In this document: positions 50,501 through 63,384 of the stretch, in pieces
How the letters are laid out: each line of letters starts with the position of its first letter
How positions within the stretch are numbered: the first letter of the stretch is position 1
From: Hypanus sabinus
Taxonomy: Eukaryota
NCBI RefSeq assembly: GCF_030144855.1
Contig: NW_026780455.1
Span: forward strand, 186,001-250,000
Length of the DNA: 64,000 nt
Reading direction: 5' to 3'
Notes under the pieces: model-generated
The model's input: only the letters and a program-made list of their open reading frames with translations
The model's database searches: none
What the model was told of the DNA's origin: nothing
Program-made: the position numbers and the translations under genes

Positions 50501-51879
50501 AATATTTCAATAGTTACAGGTAGAGGGCAAGCGAATGTGGTTAGGAAGGATAGTTTATCAGTCATGAAGCCAGGAAAAACTTCCAGAGAGCGCCATTTCA
50601 ATCCGAAAGCGTCTTGTTAAAGAGAGAGCTCAGAGGACAGTGGTCTTCTTACACTTTCCGCTGAGCGCCTCAGTGGTTGCCGTCTGTCATCGATTCTGTC
50701 ATGGGTGTTATTCTATTCAGAACTTATTGAGTATCCCAGCAAGTATATTTATCACGTGGTATACAGACAAGTACATGCACTGAAGATACCCCCCTAACCC
50801 CCTGGGATACTTTCGTTGCTTAAGTACGGATAAAGTATTCTCCGTTCCCCACAAAACAAGTGAGATTGAGATGGCTCGATTCCAAACCAAACCACATCAG
50901 TTTTGCTGCTATGAAATTTGCAACCCTGTTGTAAATGAGTGTCATGTATTCACGGACAGCGTAAGATTAAAGGGATTATATGTATGAATCTTAATTCAGT
51001 GCTTAGTAAAGAGGAACAAAATAACAAAGTCCATTCTATTTAACAGTTAAAAAATATGCACAAGTTGGAACTAATCTTGAACTTCCCTGACACTCACTGC
51101 TGGTCCCTCGGTCACAGTGAAAGCACACAAGACCTTACGAACGGCGCTGGAAATCCATCTCGAACAAACGGCTCTCACACCCGATTTAATCCAACGATCT
51201 GTTCTTCCGGCGTCTTCATTCCTCTTCTCATGCCGCGCTAAAATAGAAAAAGAGAAACAAGACCAACCTTGGTGTCCCTCGGCGAAAAAAGCTCCCCCGA
51301 AATCCAATTCGACAGCGCGCATTCGTTATCTTCAACAGTAACTCAGACAGGTTGACAGCACAACAGACTGCTCTGACCGCACTGCTGAATGAAATACCTA
51401 AAACATGCCGGTAAATGTATGAGCATTGGCATTACATTGATAATACTTTGAATTTTGAACTTAGAACAGAGTCACACACAAGATGCTGGGGAAACCCATC
51501 GGGTTGCATCTCTTGACATAAATAAGCGCTCGACGTCGCAGGCCGAGCGCATTCATTCGGGGTTGACAGCTGCAATCCACGTTTTCTTTCTATATAGTTT
51601 CGATCAGTTCCCTCACATCGCCGGCATTTGCAACTAATCAACGTGGTACTGACGTATGCAAAACTGTTTTTAAAAAAATGTCCGTAACTCTCAGGGATTT
51701 CAGACCACAGGAACGTAAGTCCATAGTGTATAGGAACAAAGTTAGGCCCATCGTGTCTGCTTAGTCACGGCTGATCATTTACTTCACTCTACGGCGCCAT
51801 TCTTCGCCCCTTAACGTTTAATGCTGTGTCCAATCAACAACCAATAAATCTCTGCCTTAACTAAGCCGATGGACATGAC

Positions 51880-54440
51880 ATTCCCTGTAAATGCAAACAA
51901 ATTCCCCAAATTCCCCACCCTCTGGCGAAAGAAAATTCACTGCCTCGCTGTTTTTAATGGACGCCTCTGTATTCTGAGCCTCTGCCCTCTTGACTGAGAC
52001 ACCTCAACCCTGGGAAGCATCCTTTCCACATCCACTCTGCCTCGGCTTTTCAAAATGCGAAACTTTGAACTGAGATCCCACCTCATCCCTCTGAAGTTCT
52101 GGCAGGTACAGACCCAGAGCACACAAACAGTACAAATATGATAACCCTTTCATCCCTGGGATCGTGCTTGTGATTTCTCGGGGCCCTCTCCAATGCCAGA
52201 AAATCTTTTGTTAGACGAGGATCCGAAAACTGCTCAGTATCCTCGCGCTGAGGCTTCAGCACTGCCTCGTTGTAAAAGCTTCAGCATCGCATCACTGTTC
52301 CTGTAAACTAGACCTCTTAAAATGAATGTTAATATTAAAGTATCCTTCCTTACCTCCGAGTCCACCTGCACTTTACACCTGCATTTTAACCCTTCAGGCT
52401 CTCGCCACAAGGACACCAAATTCCCATTGCTACCGCAATTTAGTGGATTTTATACACGATCAGCAAATAATCTCCAAACGTATTTCCACTAGCAAAGTGC
52501 ATGGTTGTGCACTCACTGTATTTTCCCCTTGTCACTTTCTTGCCGATTCTCCTAATCTGACCGAGGCTCTTTGCCAGCGACCTCTTTCCTCAGCATTACC
52601 TGACCCGGCACCACTACTTCGACCTTCTGCAAACTTGGCAACGAATTAATCTACTTCATTTAGTCTACGCTATCATTGATATCGAGCTAAAAATAAAAGG
52701 TGGTCCAGAGACTGACACGTTCGGAACACCACTCGTCACGGGCAGGCAACCAGAAACGGATCATTTTATTTCCGCTCGGTTGCTCCTACCGTTATTTCTT
52801 GTAAGACCATCGACTCTTAATTTGATAAGCAGCCTCATGAGTGGCACCTTCTAAAAGGATTTTTTTTTCACACTCCAAATGCACAACATCAACTATGCCC
52901 GCTTTATCGATCCTACCTGTAATGTCCTACAGGTAAATTCTGCGTTAGGTGTGTCCCTTGTGCATGATAATATCTGCGAAAGACACCGAGGGAGACAGCA
53001 AAGGAACGTACTTTCTCCTCCCTCGTCCTCTGTTACCTTATCCTTAACAAGTGAATCCAAAATCTTCCAATCACTGTCACGCTATTCCGTATATAACTCC
53101 CTTTCTACTGTCTTCCTCGTTTCCTAAAGAGTGAAGTGGCATTTGCAATTTTTTCTGACCTCTGGCACCATGCGAGAATCCAATGGTTTTAGAAAGATCA
53201 TTGTTAATGCTTCCACAATCTCTGCCACTCACACTTTGAGAACCCTAATGTGGAGTTCGTTTGGCCCAGGTTGCTTATGGGCTCTTTGGTCTTTCAGCTT
53301 TTTGAGCACCTTCTCTCTTGTAAGAATAACGGCGTCCATTTCTGTTCCTTCACACACTACACCACCAGACAAACGGCTAGTATCTTCCACAGTGACGACT
53401 GATGCAAAATACTCATTTCTTTTATTGCCATCTCCTTGACCTCCTCTTTAGTATTTCTCCTGCCTCAGCTTCTAGTTTTCCTTTATCCATTCTCATTAAT
53501 AATTGATTTTTCTGCACTTGAAATCGATTTCGCTACCCACATTGATATTCTTCATGAGCTTGCTTTCATATTTCATATTTTCCCTTCGAATTATTCTGTT
53601 AGATGCTCTCAGTAGGTTTTTAAAAGCTTCACAATACGCTGTTTTCCCAGTAGTTATTGCTTTGTTATATGCCTTCTCTTTTACTTTTATGTTTTGCCAC
53701 GATTGTGCTCATTTGTAGTTTGAGTATTTATTTGTTTTTAGAATGCCTATATTCTTCACGTCCCTCTGTTTTACCTGAAACTCGCTGCATTTTTGCCCTG
53801 CTGACAATCCTGACAGCGTCTCCTTCAATTTTCATTTTGCCAATACTTTTCTCATAACACTGTGATTTCGTTTACTACACTGAAATACGGCTGCGTCACT
53901 TTAATATTCCCCATCATATCTGAAATTGAACCCAAGTATATTGTGATCACTGCCTCCCAAAAGTTCGTTTACCTCAAGCTCCGTACTCATTTCCGATTCA
54001 TTTCATAGCACCCAATCCAGTACAGCTGATCCTGATGTCGGCTTAAGGACGAAATGCTAAAACAAGCCAACCCAGTCGAGATGCATGTTGAACAATCCCA
54101 TGGCTATCATAGCATTGCCATTTATGCACACATTTTTCCATTTGAAATCTCTTGTCTGTTTTCCAGCTACTGACGGGAGACCTGCATACACCACCAATGA
54201 GCATCCTTTTACCCCGTCAGTTTCATAACACAACCCGCAATGATTTCATAGCTTACGATCCTGTGTCACATCTTTTTACTGAGCTGAAACCACTCTTTAT
54301 GTGTACAGCCACGCCATCCAATCTAAAGACCTTCCAATTCCTCCGATACGACGTGTAGCCTTGGACAGCAAGATCCGAAATGCGACCAAGCTTCAGCCAT
54401 GATTCCGTGATGGCCGCAACATCCTGCAATCTGACAGTCT
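51880..54440 (-). mobile_element. Decayed CR1 ORF2 fragments in the spacer between duplication arms
   Basis: DVAAITESWL...GYTSYRR (endonuclease) at 54253-54444; RT remnants downstream on the minus strand. Confidence 0.75.
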
Positions 54441-54479
54441 GCAAAGGTGACGTAAGTTTGTCTCTGCTAATTGCGGAAA

Positions 54480-56740
54480 GGAAGTATGTGTGCGAGACTG
54501 GTTTTCGGTGCTCGGTGTCAGATGTTGGAGGAGATATCTGGACGGCTGTGGCGAGCTGCAGATAACTTTCGTTAGGTCACGGAGAGCGAGGAGCCGATAG
54601 GAAGAGTCCTTCACACTGTGGTTACAGAAGACAGACAAGTGGGTATTAGTCATGAGAGGGAATGGGAAGAGTAAGTACGAGAGAATGCTCCTATCAGGGT
54701 ACCGCTTGAGAATAAGTACTCCTGTTTGAGTACTGTTGGTGGCGGAGGGGAACAGGCAGGAAGTTGACAGAAAGGAAGCTGAGAAGCAGGACCGCGAAAG
54801 TAATAATTTCGGAATTATTGCCTGAGCCGCGCGACAGTGAGTGTAAGAATAGAATGAGATGGAGGTTACATGTATTGCAAAGGGACTGGTGCAAGGGACA
54901 GAGATTCAGATTTCTGGATCATTGGAACCTCTTTTAGGGCAGGTGTGACCTGTACAACGGGGCGGGTCAAACTTGAATCACAGTGGGACCAAAATCCTGG
55001 TGGGGCGGTTTGCTCAGGCTACTGTGGAGAGTTTCAACTAGAATTGTGGGGCGTCGGAAGCTAACTGAAGAGACTGGAGAAGATGAGTTTGCCTCACAAA
55101 TAGTGAAAGCTTGTCGACAGTGCGAGAGGGAGGTTAGGCAGGTGATAGGGAAGGGACGCGCTCAGACTGAGGGTATGAGATGTGTCTATTGTAACACAAG
55201 GAGTACTGTGAACAATGCGGATGAGCATAGAGCATGTATCAGTTTTTGAAGCTATGATGTGGTGGCCATTACAGGGACATGAATGGCTCAGGGACAGGGA
55301 AGGAGGCAAAAGAGGAGGTGGCGTGCCACTGTTCATCAAAGCGTTCATCACGGTGGAATTGTCTAAGGAATCTGTGTGTGTGTGGAGATTAGGAACATGA
55401 GAGGTCAATAATCTCACTGGGTGTTTTTATAGGCCGCCCAATGGTAACAGGGATATCGAGGAGTCAGTAGGGGAAGAGATACTGGATAGATGAAATTCCC
55501 GCAGAGTTGTCCTAATGGGAAGTTTCAATTCCCCAAATATTGATTGGCATATCACCAGAACAAGAGTTTATTTGGGTTGGAGCTTTTAGGTGTGTTCTTG
55601 ACAAAATACGTAGATGAGCCTACAAGCCACTGTATTTGAGTTGGAATTGTGAAATGGATCTGGTGCGGTGTCAGATCTCTCGGTGGGAGAGCATTTTGTA
55701 GATAGTAATCATATCTCTGTCTCCTCAACGATAGCATTGGAGCGTGATAGGAACAGTCAACTTGGAAAAACGTTTATTTGGAGTAATATCAATTGTAAGG
55801 CTATCTTGAAGGAAATTGTAAATTTAAATTGGGACCGGATTTTCTCAGGGAAATGTATGAAATAAATGTACCAAATGTTCAGCGTATATCTGTGTGAAGT
55901 TCTGCATAGGTACGTACCAATGTGTCAGAGAAGCTGTGATAGTGTACAGGAACCGTGGTGTACATACGCTGTAATAAATCTAGTCAAGAAGGAAAGAAAA
56001 AAACTTACGAATGGTTCAGAGAGCGAGGTAATGTCGGAGATCTTGAAGATTATAAGGCAAAGAGAAGGAGCTTAAGAAGGAAATTAGAAGGACAAGAACG
56101 GGACATGTGAAGCCCTTGCCGGGCAGGATGAAGCAAAACCCCAATGTATTCTATGAGCATGTTGAAGAGCAAGAGGACAAGCCGTAAAAGAATAGGAACT
56201 ATCACGTGTGACAGTGGAACAGTGTGTATGGAACCGGGAGAAAGCAGAGGTACCTAAAGAATTCTTAACATCAGTATTCACTATGGGAAAGGATTTTGGC
56301 GGTTCTGGGGATGACTTGCAGCAATCCGAAAATGTTGAGCATGCAGACATTAACAAAGATGATGTTCTGGAGCTTTCGTAATGCATCAAGTTCGATAAAT
56401 CGCGAGGAGCGGATGAGGAGTACCCCAGGCTACTGTGGTAAGCGGGGGAGGAGATTCCGAGCCTCTGACGATGATTTTTACATCATCAATGGGGACGGGA
56501 GAGGTTCCGCTGGAATGTCGGGTTACGGATGTCGTTCCTTTATTCAAGAAAGGGAGTAGAGTTAGCCCAGGAAATTAAAGGTCACTGAGTCTGAGCTCTC
56601 TGGTAGGTCAGCTGAATTAGTGGATCCTGAGTTGAAGCATTTAGGAACATTTGGAGAGTTATAATATGATTAGGAATAGTCAGCATGTCTTTGTCAAGGG
56701 CAGGTCGTGCCCTACGAGTCTGACTGAACTTTTTTTTTTC
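54480..56740 (+). mobile_element. Decayed CR1 (ORF1, endonuclease, partial RT)
   Basis: ORF1 esterase-like region, YDVVAITGT..., GGGVPLFIK, SQHVFVKGRSC-like remnants. Confidence 0.75.
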
Positions 56741-57626
56741 AGGTTGTGACTAAACATGTAGAACGAGAATAGAGCTTTTCTGCTCGAACGAAGGAAGATG
56801 AGAGTTGACATTATAGAGCTGTATAAGATGATGAGAGGTATTAATAATATGGATAGACAGTGGCTTTATCCCGGGTTGAAATGGCTATAATGTGAGCGCA
56901 CAGCTTTAAGCTGCTGCAAGGAGGTACAGGTTACGTTTTCCACACAGAGTTTGGTCAGTGCGTGGCGTGGGCTGCTGGTGACGGTGGTGAAGGCGGATAC
57001 GATAGGGTCTTTTAAGAGACTGCTGGGTAGGCAGATGGAGCTTAAAAAATTAGATGCTTATCGGTAAGACTAAGTAATTAAGAAAGTAAGCAAATGCTCC
57101 GCACAGCAATTGTGGTCTGAAGTTCCTGTAATGTGCTGTAGATTTTCAAAGCTTCTATAATCGCTAACTAATATTTTCTGGTGAAATGAGCATATCTTTC
57201 CATTTTCATCATAGATACGCGTCTCTCTCGGATTCTCTTAAAAGTCACTTATCCTTCTGCGTCGAACACCACAATATGAAGTGCATCCCATGTACCCATT
57301 ACTCTCTGTGTAAACGTCTTGCTCTTTAGAGTGAATTGGAAGCTACCGCATGAAAACTGTCCCGCACTTTGTGTATATTTGTATTTAAATGTTTTTTGTG
57401 TCATCTGCAGGATTATTAATCAGCCTATTTTCAGACATCCGATTCAGTTGTAATTATCACAAACCCCAGAAGGACTCACTGTCGGACATTAACTATGGGC
57501 TGTTCTTGATGAGTTGTAATTGAAATGCGATCCCTGGCTTCCAACGTAAAATCTCTGCGTCACAGTCTGCCACCTGCTGGCGGCATACAAATCTACGTTT
57601 TTTTTTTATTCTTGCATGTGAATGAA

Positions 57627-58875
57627 TCAGAGAGCACAGTCACTGAATTACCTGTCCACGAACAGGTGTTTCGAGTATTATATACCCCCTGGGTTCATCT
57701 TTCTGTGGACTGTCACTTTAAAACGCCGGGAGAAAGACACTGACTTCAGATACTCCTGGATTACTGCTGCCTATGAAAATTCCTCTGTTGCTGTGATGAG
57801 AGAGAAGCGATATTAGATGGACAATGAATGTTCACTTACTTTTTTTGATTCTGCGGCTTGTTGTAGAATACACAAGGACACAGAGACACACAGTCAGAGT
57901 TAAGATGGATTCGGTCAATGGAAGACGCCAGTGAGTCGGCCGCAAGTTTACAACTTCAGTCGCCCAAAGGGGAGATTTGACCTCGATCCAGAGTACTGCT
58001 AAGTGACTCTCTCAAGTTGTTGCAACTAGAATAAGTTTATGGTGAGGAGGGGAGGGGAAGGTTTGAAACAGAAGAAACCTAGTAACAAAGAGATCACTGT
58101 TTGGACTCTGTGTTAAAGTGAAGTTGACTTTATTTTCATTCGGATTCGAAAGTGTGGGTGCCAAAGAGATAATCAGCAGGAGTGGGTTCACTAGTGATGG
58201 GAAAAGCTTTGTGAATACAACGTGTGTATTTACACCTTGTCTGGGTCTAGTAGTTCCTTAAGGAAAGGCACCCTTGAGGCAAATCACTGCTGGAGTTTTT
58301 TCGTGGGTCGTGGAACTGGATAAGTGGCTGTCACGTTGTGTGTGATTGGGGTAACCTTGTAGAATTTACCGGTGTGTCGACTATTGCCGGTGTGGCGGTT
58401 CACTTGACGATGTTCCCCCTTGTGATAAGCTGCTGTTAATGATATTTTGTGTGAGGATTCAGAGGACAACGGGAAGATCGACGGCACCTCCTTGTTTGGA
58501 TTAAAACAACTCTCTTTCACTTCAAATTCTGTACGTTTGAGCTGAACAGACATTTCTTACATACCATCGTAAGAATTTAACTCCTGCCAGCTGAGCTTGA
58601 ATGGGTTTGGTAACTTTATTTTTTACACACCTGTATATACCTAACCCTTGGCTTACCTGGTTTAAGTTACTATATTACGTAGTTACTAAGAAAATAGTGA
58701 TTGTTAACAGCGAAACCAGACTCTGGGTGTGTTCTATTTCTGCTGAAACTTTACCGTGTTGTGTGCACGTAGGAGGTATTTTCCCCAGGGTTGAGTGCAC
58801 GTTGGAGGTATTTTCCAGTGTTGCCGGTGCGCAACACGACCAAGCAGAACAGTCTTCTAATACTTCAGCATAAAC
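57627..58875. mobile_element. ~1.25-kb insertion specific to the right arm, possibly a solo-LTR-like element
   Basis: Absent from the left arm, where GCAGGTGAGTGAAG/CATCTTTTGC are contiguous on the opposite strand; non-coding. TG..CA termini and a TSD were not clearly resolved. Confidence 0.5.
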
Positions 58876-60066
58876 CATCTTTTGCTTTCTCCATTTTCTC
58901 TGTATTCTTTAAAAAAAAATTCTATTCTCGAATTACTCTATCGTTCGAGACCGAATTATAGTTTTACTATAAAAAACTTGTCATTTTTCCAGACAAATTT
59001 CTAACTGGACTATCACCCGGCTCCCTCAACATCGACAACTCTATCACCTTTGTGACGTCTGCAAGAGTATTTATGAGTCACGCCGACTTTCATCCAAGTC
59101 AAATGCCGGAACATTTCCAACAATTGTGTCAAGTAGAATGGCTGCATTCAAGCACTTCCCTCTGGACTCTACTTAAACCAATGTTATCCAATGCATCTGT
59201 CTCATGCTCAGCCCACCGGAACGAGTACTTCACAAAAGTCTTACTTCCAGTCAAATCCCAAATGTCTTCACTGTTCAACTGTCCGTACTAATGGGACAAT
59301 ATGCAATGACCAACATACATATGAACACAAAGGTGTTTGGTCTGTGGGAGGAATCAGGAGTACGCCGAGGACACCCAGGCGGTCACGCTTTACAGACAGT
59401 AGCGGGAAATAAGTGGAACGACGGATAATCAAACGGAGAAGGAAAGAGTCCAAGCTACAAGGGAATCAATCAATAAATAAATAGATATCGGTGCCATTTT
59501 CTCCGCAATCACCCTCCCCACCTACCGAAGGTACTCAATCCGAATTGACAGCTAGGACCACGACTACAGAAAGTGTCCAAGAATGTCTTTAATTTCCCAG
59601 AGGCTTTGCGATGTGGATTGCTGCCAGGGACGCACGACAGATCTCGAAAGAACTCTGCTGCAAGCGGTGACTTGTGTCTGTCCACGGTTAAATAGTCTTC
59701 CTTCAGGGCTCGAAGGCAGGGGCTATTGGAAACAATAGCACTGGCCAGAGGAAAGAGATCGATCTACATCGGGCGTACCTGAGCAGGCATTAGCGCCGCA
59801 AGGTATGCAGGCAGGGCACCACGATCGTATCGCGATGGTGATGTCAAGGCGTCGCATGCAATTAAGTGTATAATCTCCTTTTTGAACTTAAGGAGACACA
59901 GGGAAACAGTGAAGAAAGTAAACTGGAAGGAGCAGAGTGGAGGCAGACTGGGGATTCTCCTTATCATGTTGGGGAATGGAGGGGTGGAGGGCGGGAGCTA
60001 CTCAGAGACGTCCACAGCCCCAATGGAACTGCACATGCTACTGACGAAATGGGAGATTTTGGGGCG

Positions 60067-63000
60067 TCACTTAAGATTAATGCTCTCCTGACAACGCCGG
60101 GATAACTTTGCCATTAGACGCAAGGGGGATTTCACCGTCTCCTTGAACTGCAGCCTGAACCTGGTCTGGGCTACAGCGTAAAGAGCCGTGTTGGTGCAGC
60201 AGCTCAGGAGTTGAAGCATGTAGCCCAATTCCCGCAGACTATACGGAGGAGAAGGGTCAACGTAAAAATCCACGATCTCCCATACCGAAAACACTGTCAG
60301 CAGCGCCCACAGCAGGATGAAATTCCCCGACATCACCAGCAGTAACAGGAGCGATTGCATGCGGTTCTTCATCTCCGGGTCGGCGGGCCTCTCGCCTTCG
60401 CGCGAACCACGGAGTCTCCTTCGGGCTCGGCTGGCCACTAAGACGTGCCTGATGGTTAAAGTGTTCAACAGGAGAATCAAAAGAAAGGGGAATACTGGGG
60501 TGAGCAAGGAATGAATCAGCAGAAACCCTACATCCTGAGATAGGGAAAAACGAAAAGAACGCATACAGAGCACGGAGAACGTTAAAATCGAATATGTCCC
60601 TTTGAGCAAAAAATACCAGAAAATGTTCTTTCCGCAGCTCAGCAGAGTCACTGTCCCCAGAACCAGAACCGCCGCTCTCCCAGTGCAGTATTTTAGTTTC
60701 AGCTTCTGAAAACAAATGGCGACAAACCGATCAAAAGTGAAAGTGACGGTGAACCAAACAGAACAGTCCGTGGCGGTGTAGAGCAGGACGGCGTGGATGT
60801 TACACACGGGAACACGTATCGACCAGACGAAAGCCTCAAGTGGCATGTAAATCATCGGAATCTTGCTCAATACCAGATCGAAGAGAATGACGAGCTGATC
60901 CGCTGCTACCATGGCAACCAGGTACCTTGTAACGCCTTTGGAGAGACCACACTTTCCCCGCGACAGGACTAAGACTGTCACCACGTTCACTGTGCGGAGG
61001 GAAATAAATATGATTAATACACATTTGTTTCGCAGCGTTATCTGAAAAGAATTATTTCAATCGACTGGTCCTCCGAGTGTGGAGGTGAACATTGAATTAA
61101 ATTATCTACTAAAGAGATTATCGGGAGCCATTATTAAATCGTTAGTGATTATAATGTTCTTGTTGAATTTCAGTAGAATGAAAGGAATCTCATTGTAACC
61201 TTTCTAATATTGAAAGGCCGAGATATCGTGGGCTTTGAGAGGGCAGCTTCTGTAGTGCGACAGTCTCCAAATAGAAGACGAGGCTTCACGATATAAAGAT
61301 ATCACTTTAGAATAGAGGTGAATAGATATTATAGAGGTGAAATAGAAGTATGATAGAGCTGAACGATATCACTTTAGAATAGAACTTTCTTTCGATCAAG
61401 TCCAGTGAATTTGTGGAATTACACGTGACTGACTGTTATGGTGTCAGTGCATTGGAACCATTGCTGCAGAGAGTGATAGGCTTTTGATTCGTCCGGGAGT
61501 CAATTGACATGGGAGTGGGCGCCAGAATGTAGTTGAGAGTGTTAATAAATCAGCCACGATGGAATGGCAGATAGAGCTCGGTGCTCGAATGGCCGAAGTC
61601 AGCTAACGAGCCCTGTGGACTAAGCAGTGATATCAATCGATGGCTGGAATGTATTCTGATCCTTGGCGTCAGGAGAAGGAGTTGAAAACAGGATGCGATA
61701 ATGAACTGATGAATGTGCCAAGCATCACTGTTTACAAACATCAACTTTCCTCAACTGTTAACACGAAAGAAAATTAGAGCAGAAGAACCGAAGAAGAAGG
61801 AGCTGGAATAGTTCCTCTGTTCGGACTGGTAAGCTCCGCCATTGAAGGCTGGCCTGACTATGGACTTAACTCTATCTACCTGTCTTTTCCACCAAATCCT
61901 TTAATACCCCACTACGCAATAATTTATCCACCGATGCACTGGGCAGAGAATTCCACAGATTCACCCCCCTCAGGTAAATGCAGTTGTTCACCATCTACGT
62001 CCTAAATTCTCTCTTTAGAAGCTTCAACGTTTGTCCTCTAGTTCCAGTCTCAGCTTCCATTGGAAACAGCTTTCTGCCCTTGTCTTATCTGTCCATTTTG
62101 TAATTTTATATGTTGCCAAAAGATCGTCTCTGATCCTGCTGAATCCCAGCGTGTACCGTCCCACGCGACACAAACTCTTCTCATAGTCTCGCCACCTCAT
62201 CTCTGGAATCAAAACGGTGAAACGACTACGACGCCAGTAAATGCCTCCTCAAGTCAGGGGACCAGACCTGCACGCAGTATGTCAGCTGCCGCTTCACCGG
62301 TGTCTTGTGCATTTGCAGCATAATCTACTTACTCTTGAATTGATCACTGTAGCAATGAAGGCCAATATCCAATTTGCCTTCGTGTTAACCTGCTGCTGCT
62401 GCAAACCAAACTTTTGTGATTGAAGAACAAGCATTCTAAAGTCCCTCCACACTATACAGCACACTGCAATCGTTTATCACTTAAGAATACTCTGTTCTTC
62501 CATTTGTCCTTAACAAGTAGATGACCTCGCCTCTATCAACATTGTCCTCCGTCCGCATAGACGCTGATACGTTCGCTAAAACAATCGGCATCCTTCTGTA
62601 GGCTCCCAGTTACCACTGCACTATTTGTGTAGGCGGTAGATCGAGGCAGTTATGATGGCCACGTGACCTCATTCGCTTTCACAGCTGGAGCTTTGAGGTA
62701 GTTATTTATATGTTTATTCATTCATTCATTCATTCATTCATTCAATCCAGCAATGCAGTCCCCTCCAGCAAACCTCGAGATAGCTGAATTATCCTACCAT
62801 GTCCCAAATGGACTGTGGAACATCAATCACTGGAAGCATGTGTATGCTTCACAAAGAGTGCCGATGTAATTTGGCAGAATGCTGCCTGGATTGGAAATCA
62901 CTCACTATGAGGAGAGTCTGTGAGAGCACGGACTTTCCTCTCTGGGAGTGAAGGTGCGTGTGAAGTTACTTGCACGAAGTGTTTGAGAGGCGAAGAAGCA

Positions 63001-63384
63001 AATATAGCGTTTGCCTTACAGAGAGGTAGCCGGGACACCGACAACCCCAAAGCTGGACAGAGAAATCCTGTAATGCATTCAGCCGATGTTTGCTAAAGCG
63101 GTACCGGTTTGAGAGTCGGGCCAAACAATAAGACGACAGGCATTAAAGAGAAGCTGAATTTTACTCCTCAACGTTAATGACGAGGAAGGAGCCAGGCACT
63201 TACCAGGAACAGCTACAATGGCGAGGACAGGGTAGTAAATGGGTCGGATAGTCCGAAGCGCATAGGTGACACGTAAATCCAACCGCAGCGTTTCATAATA
63301 TAAAGAAAGATAACCATAGGCCCAGAAAATATCCTTCGGAATTCCCGCCGCATTCCGTGATATATTTCGCAGATTGCGATTCAT
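60067..63384 (-). CDS. Class A GPCR, GPR139/GPR142-like ('receptor B'); complement join(63204..63384, 60067..60989), 367 aa, intact
   Basis: ATG at 63384 (MNRNLRNISR...IYYPVLAIVAVP), GTAAGT donor, acceptor cctccgcacAG, open 7TM exon 2 with DRF and NTALY motifs; about 89% identical to receptor A over exon 2 by manual count. Confidence 0.92.
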
